From positions 1 to 46,582 of the IMG/VR virus record IMGVR_UViG_3300005323_000012: a stretch of 46,582 nt of DNA; one strand, 5' to 3'. Source of the stretch: a virus (Duplodnaviria; Caudoviricetes). The notes beneath the pieces are model-generated. The model was not told the origin of the DNA and ran no database searches. It was given only the letters and a program-made list of their open reading frames with translations. The position numbers and the translations under genes were made by a program. Below are positions 27,070 to 36,566 of the stretch, one piece after another. Each line of letters opens with the position of its first letter. Positions within the stretch are counted from its first letter, which is position 1.

Positions 27070-27243
27070 CTACGTGTCCAATTCCTCTGCTATGATCTCC
27101 AGCAGTGCGGTCATGTCGTCTATTTTCGACAGCAGAGTAGCGTCCGAGGCTCCAGTAGTCGGTATGGCACCGGCAACGAGAGCAGGGATTTTAACATTGA
27201 TGTCGTCCAGGTCATTCCGCATCGCAGTTTCATTGTCGGGCAT
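27070..27243 (-). CDS. Hypothetical protein (57 aa, MPDNETAMRNDLDDINVK...)
   Basis: Hand-translated ORF filling the gap; start overlaps the upstream stop. Confidence 0.55.
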   Translation of the reverse strand: MPDNETAMRNDLDDINVKIPALVAGAIPTTGASDATLLSKIDDMTALLEIIAEELDT

Positions 27244-27488
27244 CAGATCACCTTAGAACCAGCCAGCAGGACGCCATCAGCGATCATGCATGTGATTTCC
27301 GGGCACACAGGAACTTCATAGGTAGCTCCTGGCCGGGCTTCAGTGCCCCCCGGGAGCAGGATAGAGCCTTGCTGTTTCACGATTCGCTTATTCCAGTCGT
27401 CACATGCTCTTTTCAGGTAGCCCTGCGAGAAAGGGTGAATCAGAACGCGGAGCATGGCCATCTTAGTCAATTTATTGTTTTTAGGCAT
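27243..27488 (-). CDS. Hypothetical protein (probable start MPKNNKL)
   Basis: GAGGT SD upstream. Confidence 0.55.
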   Translation of the reverse strand: MPKNNKLTKMAMLRVLIHPFSQGYLKRACDDWNKRIVKQQGSILLPGGTEARPGATYEVPVCPEITCMIADGVLLAGSKVI

Positions 27489-27505
27489 CAGGAAAACCTC
27501 TCTAA

Positions 27506-27544
27506 TGGATGGGCGGGAATCGGACCCGCCAAAACCATGCATCC
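27506..27544 (-). ncRNA. tRNA-like minihelix (acceptor + T-arm mimic)
   Basis: GGAUG-CAUGGUUUU-GGCGGG-UCCGAUU-CCCGCC-CAUCC-A immediately after a stop codon. Confidence 0.45.
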
Positions 27545-28030
27545 TTATGTCCATGTTCCCGCGCTGCCGGTAATGAACCAGGCGGTGCCGTTGCAAGTGA
27601 CTTTCAGAACCGAGTACTGGTCACTGTTTGTCTTTGTGGTGGTTCCGTTGATGGTCTCGCTGCCTTCGCCGTCAACGATTACATTGTAGGCCCCAGGATC
27701 TCCGGCCACTACCACACAGATAGTCCGGCCAGCATTATCTGCCGCAGTTGGCAAAGTGATAGTAGCATGAGCCGATAGCGCGCCCACAAAGATCAGATCA
27801 GGATCAGTATCCAGAACGGTGTAGTTGGCGGTCTTGGATAGTGATTTCTGCTTGATCGGGCCGAGTGCCCCACTTATGTGCAGCATGGCGGCGGTCGCGT
27901 CCCACTGCATGTATGCGTCCTTGTCGTTGCCAAGGTATAGCTTGGCGTCGTCTGGTATCCAGGGAGCATCACCGTCTGGGAGGATCTGCACGCCCCGGAG
28001 CATTTCCATTGGATCAGGATATTGAGGCAT
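27545..28030 (-). CDS. Virion structural protein, head fibre/decoration-like
   Basis: KTANYTVLDTD...ATITLPTAA..AGR.....V.VDGEGSETING...QYSVL..CNGTAWFI, common in phage fibre domains. Confidence 0.65.
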   Translation of the reverse strand: MPQYPDPMEMLRGVQILPDGDAPWIPDDAKLYLGNDKDAYMQWDATAAMLHISGALGPIKQKSLSKTANYTVLDTDPDLIFVGALSAHATITLPTAADNAGRTICVVVAGDPGAYNVIVDGEGSETINGTTTKTNSDQYSVLKVTCNGTAWFITGSAGTWT

Positions 28031-28796
28031 AAGTTTCACTTCCTAAATTTATTTCTGGGTCTTGTGCCCAGTGATTATATAGCAATAAGAACCAATACCA
28101 ACGTTTATGATTTGTTTTATTGTGGCATGAATGGCACAACGGTACTAAGTTCCATGCCCGCTTACCGCAACCCTGCATTTTGTTGTAGTCGCAATGATGG
28201 ACATGTAACTTCTCGCCATTTTCCGTTAAACCACATAAAAGGCATCTGCGATCATATCTATCCCGTATTTCTTCTTTCAGAGCACAATTGAATTTGGGAC
28301 AATAAGGTTCAAAAGACTTCCCGCCTCGCCAATTAGGTGCCCTATCCCCTCTTTTAAGTTCAGACATCACATGCAAAGTATCTTCTGAATAAACGCCCTG
28401 TTTGCCTTTATTCCAAGGAGCCCTTCCTTTTCGCGTTTCAGAGATTTGCTTTCTTCGTTCATCTGAAAGTTTTCTGCCTTTCATCGGAGCAGGTTTCCCT
28501 TTGTGGGATTCCGACATCTTTCGACGCGCTTCGTCGGTATGTCTTCTGCCCAATTTTGTCTTATTTCCCTTGTTCGTGTTCGATATAATTTGTTTGACTT
28601 CATCGGACACGTGATGGCCTTTTGCATTCTTGTTGCCTTTCTGGGCAATGGACATTTTTTGGCAACTTTCTTCAGAAAACTTTCTTCCGAGATTGGGGCC
28701 GGTGCTTCCTTGTTTCGACTGGGATATTTTATCACGAACGTCCTTTGGAAGAGACTTACCTTTGTTCCAAGGAATATTACCTTTAGCAAATGCCAC
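28014..28796 (-). CDS. NUMOD3-repeat HNH homing endonuclease
   Basis: Repeated PWNKGK / HTDEARRKMSESHKG; CLLCG...LHVHHCDYNK...NLVPLCHSCHNK. Confidence 0.9.
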   Translation of the reverse strand: MAFAKGNIPWNKGKSLPKDVRDKISQSKQGSTGPNLGRKFSEESCQKMSIAQKGNKNAKGHHVSDEVKQIISNTNKGNKTKLGRRHTDEARRKMSESHKGKPAPMKGRKLSDERRKQISETRKGRAPWNKGKQGVYSEDTLHVMSELKRGDRAPNWRGGKSFEPYCPKFNCALKEEIRDRYDRRCLLCGLTENGEKLHVHHCDYNKMQGCGKRAWNLVPLCHSCHNKTNHKRWYWFLLLYNHWAQDPEINLGSETYASIS

Positions 28797-28799
28797 AAC

Positions 28800-28881
28800 G
28801 ACACCTCCGATAGTGTTTCCGAGAAAGTTTTATGAGGCAACGCCTCTCGGAAAAGGCGCTTTCGGGAGCTACCCTAGCCTC
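28800..28881 (-). ncRNA. Three-stem structured leader of the HNH gene (c4-antisense-like)
   Basis: GAGGC/GCCUC closing GGG-UAGCU-CCC and AGCGCCU-[UUUCCGAG]-AGGCGUU; the loop is complementary to CUCGGAAA upstream of the SD. Confidence 0.55.
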
Positions 28882-28911
28882 GATCTGTATTGGACTCAGT
28901 GCTATATATAT

Positions 28912-29865
28912 CTACGTGGTAACTCCCGTCACCTCATAAATATATTTGTTCTTACCGTTCTCCGATCCGTCCATGCTCGGCGACAGAGCCACTACACACT
29001 GTTTGAAGAGATTCTTCCAGCTCGTCCCCTCGATCCTGGTAGTCTCATTCAGCATGACATCAGACGGCCTGTACTCTCCGAGCCGAAGAGTATCCGGGCC
29101 CTTCACGTAGACGAGGGCGGAGGTGCCCAGCACATCAGAGCTTATCTCGCCGCCTATGTCGATCACCTTGTTCCCAGCATCGTCCTGGTAGGGCGTGATT
29201 GCGAACGGGTCCAGCTTCCAGGCGGCCTTCATGTACTGGTCGAGACGCTGCACAACCATGTTGATGAGGTTGAGGCTGGCGAACTCATCCATGACCTTCG
29301 ACGGATAGGCCACGCCGAACTCCACGGTGTTGGGGTCTATGCCCGTGGTGCTGACAATGCCCATGATGGCCTTGACAATGTCGGCCTGTCCCGCACCCTG
29401 GCCGGACACCCCCCAAACACCTTTCACGGCAGCGTGGGTGTTTGCGGTAGCCCTCTTGGCCTTCAGCTCTGTCAGGGCTTTCCAAGCACGACACTGTCTG
29501 AAGTAGTTGAGGCCATGCTGAGTGCCATCTTTGGCCAGCCGGTTGGCGGCTACTTCCGTGGCTACACTGTCCAGGATCTCGTAGTCGAACTTGTCCCAGG
29601 CATTGTGCATGTCCTTGTAGGCCCGGACATACTTGTGGGCTGTAGTGACTCCTGGCCCGTCCAAGACGCCGTTGATGGTGCCAGGATTGCCCTTCTGATT
29701 CCAGATCTCGAAGTACTGAGACTCCAGGCCGGTATCCACTGGGAATGATGCCAGGAAGCCCTCTGGTGCCTGATTCAGTTTGTCATCGAGAACTATGGCC
29801 CCCTTTCCAGCCCACCGTTTGGTGAGCTTTCCCAGGGCCTCAATTGTAATAGCGCCGGTCGGCAT
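28912..29865 (-). CDS. Major capsid protein (HK97 fold), putative
   Basis: 317 aa, position after protease/scaffold and cement genes. Confidence 0.7.
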   Translation of the reverse strand: MPTGAITIEALGKLTKRWAGKGAIVLDDKLNQAPEGFLASFPVDTGLESQYFEIWNQKGNPGTINGVLDGPGVTTAHKYVRAYKDMHNAWDKFDYEILDSVATEVAANRLAKDGTQHGLNYFRQCRAWKALTELKAKRATANTHAAVKGVWGVSGQGAGQADIVKAIMGIVSTTGIDPNTVEFGVAYPSKVMDEFASLNLINMVVQRLDQYMKAAWKLDPFAITPYQDDAGNKVIDIGGEISSDVLGTSALVYVKGPDTLRLGEYRPSDVMLNETTRIEGTSWKNLFKQCVVALSPSMDGSENGKNKYIYEVTGVTT

Positions 29866-30312
29866 TTAAGTACCTCCAATTGGAACGTCCAGAAGAACAT
29901 CGATCAGGTCACCATCAGCAGCGGTAACGAGTCCTTCCTGTCCCTTGTAATGTCCGATTTTCTGAGCCGAGTTGGCCGAGCTGGTGGATACCATGTAGCT
30001 ACCGCTTGCGGTTGGGGCCGCATAGACAGCAGCATCCCGGTGCCAAGTGAGCGCAGTGAGTGAGGCAACCTTGACGACCTTTCCGCACCCAGGATTGTAA
30101 AAGATAGCAGTCTCTCCAGCCGTCAACGTCTTGGCCGCACCAACGGCATCCAGACTGGATTCGACTGCAACGCCTGAGATCACATCATTCACGGCAGCGG
30201 CCTTTGTCATCCGATAGCTAGCCGAGCTATCCACTTTGTAGAGATAGCCCTCTTTGATCGCCTCCGATTTGCACGGCAGCTCGGAAATTCCATCTCCTCT
30301 GACTTCAGACAT
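29866..30312 (-). CDS. Capsid cement/decoration protein (DUF2190-like)
   Basis: Ala-rich 148 aa; AADGDLIDVLL C-terminus; immediately upstream of the capsid gene. Confidence 0.7.
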   Translation of the reverse strand: MSEVRGDGISELPCKSEAIKEGYLYKVDSSASYRMTKAAAVNDVISGVAVESSLDAVGAAKTLTAGETAIFYNPGCGKVVKVASLTALTWHRDAAVYAAPTASGSYMVSTSSANSAQKIGHYKGQEGLVTAADGDLIDVLLDVPIGGT

Positions 30313-30468
30313 CTATTTCGCCTCCCTCGGTGGTATTCCGTAAAGTTTGATTCGAATTACGGCCAGCTCATCTTCCAGCTTTTTTTGTCTGGCTTCAAGA
30401 GCAATGATTTTAGTTACTAAATCCCCGAATCCGGGAATATAGCATATAGGATCGCACTTTTCCGGCAT
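30313..30468 (-). CDS. Hypothetical protein (51 aa, coiled coil)
   Basis: Hand translation MPEKCDPICYIPGFGDLVTKIIALEARQKKLEDELAVI...; exactly fills the gap. Confidence 0.55.
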   Translation of the reverse strand: MPEKCDPICYIPGFGDLVTKIIALEARQKKLEDELAVIRIKLYGIPPREAK

Positions 30469-32541
30469 CTATCTCACCCTCTTCAGCTCGGCGTCAATGC
30501 CTGCATCGAATTTCGTTTCCTCCGAGTCAGCACTCGGATGGGATACGAACCTCTGACCGGTAGGCTCGATCTTCTGAGCAGCCTGTGGCCCTACCCAGTG
30601 CTTGGCGTTCTCGGAATCTGCCAGGAAGGCATTGATTCCGATCTTCTGGATAATGGGCCAATGCTTTGCCTTCCAGTCCATCTTATAAGATGGATCGAAG
30701 TAGGACATCATAGCGTCGCTGTCAGCAGCATCTTTGGCGGCTGCGTCTGCCTGAATGCGAGCATTCTCGGCCTCGGTGAGGCGCTTGTTGTCAGCGGCCA
30801 GGGTATCGATCTTCTTTTCCAGAGCTGTGAGCTTGTCCATAAGTGAATCACCCATGCCAGGGGACGGTGCAGAAGGAGCTTCCCCGGTCACGAACTCCAG
30901 AAGCAACGCCATCGCCTCCTTGGCCCTTACATACTCATCCTGAATGGCCAGGACGGTTTGAGCCTTGATCTTCAGTGCTTCCGGATCCATCTGGTCGCCC
31001 TGGGTCTTCTGCTGTACGACGGCGACAGGTACGGGCTTACCCTGCCCTTCATCGCCCAGAGTCCCCGCCTGAGCAGGGGCTCCCTCGGTGCCTGCCTGTG
31101 CAGGCGGTTTTTCTGTCATCATCAGTTCCTCTTTTCGGCTGCACTTGCAGCTATCTTTGTGTTGAGAATCGTGATTGGAGTCTGCATTCAGTCCGCATGC
31201 AGCGCACGCGGGATTTACGAAAATAGCGAAATGATCACCATAGAACGGAGGCATATATTCGAAAGTGTATTCCTCGCCGGTAGGCTGCCAGATCTGAGAA
31301 TCATCCAGCGGCTTGTATCCACAATCGTAGCCTATCGAGCCGCCTATGAACTCGCCGGAATCTATCAATTTCATTTCGTCATTACTGAAATGTGAATTGA
31401 ATAGGACGAATTCAGCGAACACGGCCCTGGTGTTCGGGTCTGGTTTGATGGCCCGGACCCTTCCGGCCAGCTCCATAGTTCCATTGACTTTCCCTTCCGG
31501 GTGGGCATACTTGATAATCGGGACGCCTTCGAACCACATGCAACCCTGAAGGCCTTCAGGATCGTAGAACGACTCCCATCGCTTGAGCCCCCGATTCTGC
31601 ACACCCTCTTCCATGAGGCGGCCAGAGACGACGGTGATCTTATCGTCCTTATAGACGACTTTCCCGCCGATCTGAACACTATCGAAGTGCATTAGACTAT
31701 CACCATGAAGTTTAATTTCACGAAGGCCCTCGACGCATCGGCATTTGACGTGTTTTTTTGCTATCAGAGAGCCAGACGAGGGATATATCCCGTCTGGCAG
31801 CGTTCGGGCCTCGCCTTCCACTGCCATACATATCTCGCATGTGCGTTCATCACCTGTGACTATCCGAAAACCTTCATACAGATTGGCATCCAGAACGCCC
31901 CGCATTACGGCGCTCTTGGTGCTTTGATATGTAGCCTGGCCTGCCGCCTCTGATGTCTCATTGACTGCTATCGTATTGGCCCGGCTCATGAGGAGTGCGT
32001 TCCCTCTTTTCTCTGCGAGCCGCCAGACCTCGGCCTCGGACTTGCCTCTGGCAAAAAGGTTCTCTGCATACTTCTGCAGGGTCTCGGAGCGTTGTGGATC
32101 TAGGCCAATATGCTCTCGGATCTGTCTGGCTTGATCCCGAACCGTAACGCCGTTCTGATAGCCATCCAGGACTATCTTCTTGATCGCTTCTTTTTGTGAA
32201 TCTGAAATGTACTTGATTTCTTGAGCGCCGTATTGCGAAATCCAATCCAGCGCGTGCGGGTCTACATAATCGAATATAGCGCCGCCTGTCACCGATCCGA
32301 TGTATTCCCCGTGCGCTTCAAGAGCGACTTCGAAAAGATTCTTCAGGACTTTCTCAGGGTCGTACTCTTCCCAAGGGAGACCATCAACAATATCAGCGCC
32401 GGTACGGTGATCTTCAAGGTCCTTTTCCAGCTTGTCCCAATCGATCTGCTTGATGGTGGTTTTCACCGAGCGAAGAAATTCTTTCTCCAGCTCCGCCGCC
32501 GCTTTGTCTTCGGCTGCCAGTAAGTCGTCAGGGAAGGGCAT
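30469..32541 (-). CDS. Fused MuF/SPP1-gp7 head morphogenesis protein + DUF2213-like prohead protease + scaffold
   Basis: RANTIAVNE...GDERTCEIC...HVKCRC (MuF); FEGVPII..HP...G.SIGY...GDHFAI...AC (protease); C-terminal coiled coil. Confidence 0.75.
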   Translation of the reverse strand: MPFPDDLLAAEDKAAAELEKEFLRSVKTTIKQIDWDKLEKDLEDHRTGADIVDGLPWEEYDPEKVLKNLFEVALEAHGEYIGSVTGGAIFDYVDPHALDWISQYGAQEIKYISDSQKEAIKKIVLDGYQNGVTVRDQARQIREHIGLDPQRSETLQKYAENLFARGKSEAEVWRLAEKRGNALLMSRANTIAVNETSEAAGQATYQSTKSAVMRGVLDANLYEGFRIVTGDERTCEICMAVEGEARTLPDGIYPSSGSLIAKKHVKCRCVEGLREIKLHGDSLMHFDSVQIGGKVVYKDDKITVVSGRLMEEGVQNRGLKRWESFYDPEGLQGCMWFEGVPIIKYAHPEGKVNGTMELAGRVRAIKPDPNTRAVFAEFVLFNSHFSNDEMKLIDSGEFIGGSIGYDCGYKPLDDSQIWQPTGEEYTFEYMPPFYGDHFAIFVNPACAACGLNADSNHDSQHKDSCKCSRKEELMMTEKPPAQAGTEGAPAQAGTLGDEGQGKPVPVAVVQQKTQGDQMDPEALKIKAQTVLAIQDEYVRAKEAMALLLEFVTGEAPSAPSPGMGDSLMDKLTALEKKIDTLAADNKRLTEAENARIQADAAAKDAADSDAMMSYFDPSYKMDWKAKHWPIIQKIGINAFLADSENAKHWVGPQAAQKIEPTGQRFVSHPSADSEETKFDAGIDAELKRVR

Positions 32542-32575
32542 GAAAAGTCTCTGTACTTTGCTTCTGGTAGGTGGC

Positions 32576-32890
32576 TCAGAGAGCCACTATGCGGAAAGGC
32601 ACTTCTGGATTGATCGCATTGGCGACTTTCACCAGGCCTTTCACTGGAAAGTCTCTGGCATCCCCCGATCCGGGATCAGTGAGTGTGAGAATATCGCCTG
32701 GCATAACAGCTTCGAAACATGTCACCAAGGCACTACAGACTATGGTGTCTGCGTTCATGGTCTGCACCTGCTTGGATACGAAATTTATGCTGCAGTTGAT
32801 AACTAAAGTCGTATAGGTCGGCCCGTAGAAACTGGAGCCCGACACATGCTTCCAGGTGCAAGTTTCCAATAATGGGCGAAGCGGCCTCAT
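32576..32890 (-). CDS. Head closure (stopper) protein, putative
   Basis: 104 aa beta-rich; YG...Y......C...... pattern; adjacent to the adaptor. Confidence 0.6.
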   Translation of the reverse strand: MRPLRPLLETCTWKHVSGSSFYGPTYTTLVINCSINFVSKQVQTMNADTIVCSALVTCFEAVMPGDILTLTDPGSGDARDFPVKGLVKVANAINPEVPFRIVAL

Positions 32891-33399
32891 ATAAAATCAT
32901 TCCTCAGCGCCGAGAGACGGAACTCGTCTGGGTAATCCTCGCTATCCCTCGTCTCTATTATGTCGCTTGTGGCTTCTGTTGGTGAATTATCTACCGAAGT
33001 GAGCTTGGAAAGCAACGCCTTGTATGCAGCGCCGTATCCTGTAATTGCCTTGTCGCCGCCGCTTGCATATGAGCGAGTGACTGATTCCTGGTAGAACGAG
33101 ACTGCCTGAGCAGCCCAATTGGGATCTATTTTTTTCGTGTGGGCATCAGCTATCAGGAGTGCATATAGCCGGATCTTCTGAGCATCGGTGGCTATCTTTC
33201 CCACGCTGGCCAGGTCCGCTTCTAGCGTGTCTTGCGCTTCCAGATAGAGGGCTGAAAAATTGCTCTGCGTCCTGCTGCTCGAATCATAAAGAATGTCTGC
33301 AGTGGTATTCGTGCTCGCTGTATCTTCAGCCTTCGTCTGTATCGTGAAAATCGAGCGATCCTTTACCGCCTGGATGACATCTGCCTCAGCGATCGTCAT
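32887..33399 (-). CDS. Head-tail adaptor protein, putative
   Basis: ALLIAD...SVTRSY...TGYGAAYKALL resembles DUF4054-type adaptors. Confidence 0.6.
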   Translation of the reverse strand: MTIAEADVIQAVKDRSIFTIQTKAEDTASTNTTADILYDSSSRTQSNFSALYLEAQDTLEADLASVGKIATDAQKIRLYALLIADAHTKKIDPNWAAQAVSFYQESVTRSYASGGDKAITGYGAAYKALLSKLTSVDNSPTEATSDIIETRDSEDYPDEFRLSALRNDFI

Positions 33400-34826
33400 G
33401 CCATCGCTCCTGCCGGTGTTGGCTGTGGGCCAGGCGCTTGGTCCGGCGGCGGTGTCGCGGCTGGTTGAGCTGCCACCTTAGCAGCCTCAAGATCAGCCCG
33501 CTCTTCTTTTGACGGTGCTTTCCTGCCAGTTTCCTCGTAGAATCGATCCAACGTGATCGCCTTGGCGATGAAAGCCTGCAAGCTGCGATCCTTCTCTTTG
33601 CCCTTATCGGACACATCCAGATCCTTGTAGGTGAATTCTACGGCCCAATCTGCGAAGCCGTTGGCCTCCAGGATCGCCGTGTAGAGCTTTTCGTAGGGCT
33701 CGGAGATAATCTCTCTCCAGCCCCGGACTACCATCATAGCAAGGTCGAGAAGAGGCGTAGATGACTTGGAGATGGCCTGCCCATTCTGTTCTACCCAATC
33801 CCTGGGAATGAGGTGCTTGAGAATGAGACTCAGAAAATAAGCATCCACCTTCGTCATGTCCTCTATGTTGGGCATGGTGAGCGGGATTGCCTCATGCTCA
33901 GGCCAGAGGATTGAGACGACGTTATTACCCCAATTCTTGGCCACCTTCACGATAGCATCATAGGCGCTCTTGAATCTGGTTTGAGCCTTCCCGAATGGGT
34001 CAGGCAGCAGATCGCCTTTCTCATCCCTCAGCTCATTGACTTTGAACATCACTGGAGGGACGCCTGTTCGGATGATTCTCTTGACAAGTGACGCCCTGAC
34101 GGTTTCCAATTGGGCTACTGTGGGAGCTATGCCGGCCAAATATGATTTTCCGTCCGGGTATCGAGCCCGGCGATCTTTGATATGCAGAATCCGGCCCGAT
34201 GGGATGCGCTTTGGCTGCTCGCCTACTCTCTGAGTTTGCCAGTATTGCATTTCCCGGTTCTTGATGTCCCAGACTATGCCACCCAGAATCCTACCAGGCA
34301 CAAATTGCTGTGGATTCATTGCAGAGGCGGGTGTGTCCTGGAAGCTAGGGGCATCCAGATACATTGCCCATTCAGGAGCCTTCCAGCCGTCGACATTACC
34401 CCATCCAGCCTGGAGGCCCTGTGCATCGACAGGGACGCCGAGTTCTACGAGCCCCGACCCCTCAGTGACCTGATCCACCCACGTCTGAGCCATGATGGTG
34501 CTGAGGTTGAGCTTGGAATCTATTCTCCAGAGCTGTTGCAGGACCTCATTGGACTTCTCGGCCAGTGCCTCTTTATCCTGGCTTTCGGGCGTGATGATCT
34601 TAATTTCTCGGCCATGCAGGATGAGCATGATGAGCTGCCAGAGAATGCGGTCTACATCCCCCATCTCTGATATAGCCAGCAGCTTCTCGGCATCGAGCCG
34701 GGTATCTTCATAGCCACTGTGATAGGCATATTCTGAGCCCGCCGGGTCGATCAAAGCGGAAGCATCCGCCTGGTGATAGATGGCATGGGCCAAACGCCTT
34801 CTTAAATTCGAGATGGGTAATTTCAT
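33396..34826 (-). CDS. Portal protein
   Basis: 476 aa after TerL; ILHIK...GKSYL, AITLDRFYEETG motifs. Confidence 0.8.
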   Translation of the reverse strand: MKLPISNLRRRLAHAIYHQADASALIDPAGSEYAYHSGYEDTRLDAEKLLAISEMGDVDRILWQLIMLILHGREIKIITPESQDKEALAEKSNEVLQQLWRIDSKLNLSTIMAQTWVDQVTEGSGLVELGVPVDAQGLQAGWGNVDGWKAPEWAMYLDAPSFQDTPASAMNPQQFVPGRILGGIVWDIKNREMQYWQTQRVGEQPKRIPSGRILHIKDRRARYPDGKSYLAGIAPTVAQLETVRASLVKRIIRTGVPPVMFKVNELRDEKGDLLPDPFGKAQTRFKSAYDAIVKVAKNWGNNVVSILWPEHEAIPLTMPNIEDMTKVDAYFLSLILKHLIPRDWVEQNGQAISKSSTPLLDLAMMVVRGWREIISEPYEKLYTAILEANGFADWAVEFTYKDLDVSDKGKEKDRSLQAFIAKAITLDRFYEETGRKAPSKEERADLEAAKVAAQPAATPPPDQAPGPQPTPAGAMA

Positions 34827-34849
34827 ATGATCACAAAGTTTGAGATAGT

Positions 34850-35116
34850 CTATTTTGCTCTGGCATGCATTATACCCGCGATTGATATGAGGTCGCAGAG
34901 GCCGCGTTCCTGCATAGAGATAAGCAGAGACTCCATTTCGGCATAGCTAAGAATATCGAGTTTTCTTGTCAAGCTAGCTATTGAGATCCAAGCGTCTTTT
35001 TCCAAATTCGATATGAATTCTAAAGCTTCCAGTTCTGGGGCAGGATCCATTTCATCTATATCATCGATTATCTGGAATTGTTCTCCGCTATAATTGGTCA
35101 ATGTATGCGATCTCAT
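34850..35116 (-). CDS. Hypothetical protein (wHTH-like)
   Basis: 88-aa ORF between TerL and portal. Confidence 0.55.
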   Translation of the reverse strand: MRSHTLTNYSGEQFQIIDDIDEMDPAPELEALEFISNLEKDAWISIASLTRKLDILSYAEMESLLISMQERGLCDLISIAGIMHARAK

Positions 35117-35129
35117 CTAATTCACTTCC

Positions 35130-36566
35130 TCAGAAAATGCCTTCGGGTTGATCGATGGGCGGAAGCCATCCGGATGACTGATACCTATATAGATGCACAT
35201 CAGCAAATAGCATCATGATCATATCGGCCTTATCCGGGCTCTTGAGCCCTCGCTTCTTCATGTCCTCTTTTGACTCTATGACGATCTGGCCACGGCTGTT
35301 GGGTTTGTACTTGATATTAGAGAGCTGAAAAGCTAGTTCCTCGTCATCATCCAAATCAATATCAGAAAATTCGAATCTTTCACGAAGGCCCCAGTACCAC
35401 TCTGCCCTGGCATTCAGGAAGCGCTCAGAGTTCTTAGCGGCTTGGCCGGCCTGCATTTCAATGGCCGGATGCCCTTGCTCCTTCAGCCTGTCGAATACGC
35501 CTGCCCCGATGCCCACCGCATCTATGCGGGCCTCTGTGGCTTTGGTGCCATGAAGGACTTGTATGATCCTGCCTGTAGTGGCCATTGTGTCTTCTTGGCT
35601 GGTCACCTTCAGGATTCGGGCCACCGGGCCTCGTCTCTGACCAATGACCGTATCATCTGAGCCGAACCGGGCGATATCAGCAGCGAGGATGTTCGGCTCG
35701 CCTTCGGGGAGCCGGTTCTTCTGCGCCCTCTCGATCCAAGAGAGCGGGATAAGTGTATCTGTTGTGTTTTCAGGGAATTGCCCTAGAACCCTCGAGATCC
35801 AAAGAGGTGAGTCCTCGCCCCATTTCGTCCATCGTTCGGCTACCCATCCGGGATCTACGAGGTAGGGGGCCGGAAGAGGGCTGGTGATTTTTGCTTTCCA
35901 TTCACCTGATCGGATGTCATCGAGAGTTATCCCGAAGGCCGTAAAGTTGGGCGTATCGAATGCGCTGATGTGGATCTTGACAGCGCCGGGCCGCTTGAAC
36001 ATCTCGTAGAATTCGCCTGAGCTTTCGGTTGGATTTCCGATGTTCAACTTGTGCGAGTTCTCAGAGGTGGTTATGCCGTCTATGCCAATCCATATCTCAG
36101 GATCTATTCCTGCCGCCTCATCGGCCACTACAAGGACATGGCCCTCGGATGAGTGAGCTCCTTGGAATCTGTTGGCATCATTTGTAGATCGGCCAGTCGC
36201 AAACCAGTTAGGCCGGAGCTCCAGCCGAACATCGAGGGGCTTGCCGCCCAGCGGCCTAAGAGCGCCGGCGTGAGCCTGCTTGATCTCTTGCCAGATGATA
36301 TCTTTGACTTGCGGGAAGGTGGGCGCAGTTGTTACAACCCGTGAATACTGATAGCAATATAAAAACCACAGAACCGCCCTAGCTGATATCCAGGACTTCC
36401 CAGCGGCGTGGCAAGATGCTACAGCGACTTCTTTGTGATCTCTGACCGCTTCCAGGATCTCTCTCTGCTTCTGCCAGGGTTTGCTTCCCAGGATGTTCTC
36501 GACGAACCAGACCGGATCTTTCTTGCAGCAGTCAGCTATCGTCTTGGCCTGCTCTTCTTTCAGCAA
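35130..36566 (-). CDS. terL: Terminase large subunit
   Basis: Walker A SCHAAGKS, Walker B VVADEAAG, GNP motif, nuclease DIARFGSDDTV and SPDKAD. Confidence 0.95.
   Translation of the reverse strand: MLKEEQAKTIADCCKKDPVWFVENILGSKPWQKQREILEAVRDHKEVAVASCHAAGKSWISARAVLWFLYCYQYSRVVTTAPTFPQVKDIIWQEIKQAHAGALRPLGGKPLDVRLELRPNWFATGRSTNDANRFQGAHSSEGHVLVVADEAAGIDPEIWIGIDGITTSENSHKLNIGNPTESSGEFYEMFKRPGAVKIHISAFDTPNFTAFGITLDDIRSGEWKAKITSPLPAPYLVDPGWVAERWTKWGEDSPLWISRVLGQFPENTTDTLIPLSWIERAQKNRLPEGEPNILAADIARFGSDDTVIGQRRGPVARILKVTSQEDTMATTGRIIQVLHGTKATEARIDAVGIGAGVFDRLKEQGHPAIEMQAGQAAKNSERFLNARAEWYWGLRERFEFSDIDLDDDEELAFQLSNIKYKPNSRGQIVIESKEDMKKRGLKSPDKADMIMMLFADVHLYRYQSSGWLPPIDQPEGIF

Noticed and set aside
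28630-29748. 372-aa + strand ORF
   Set aside because: Antisense shadow of the capsid gene; no motifs
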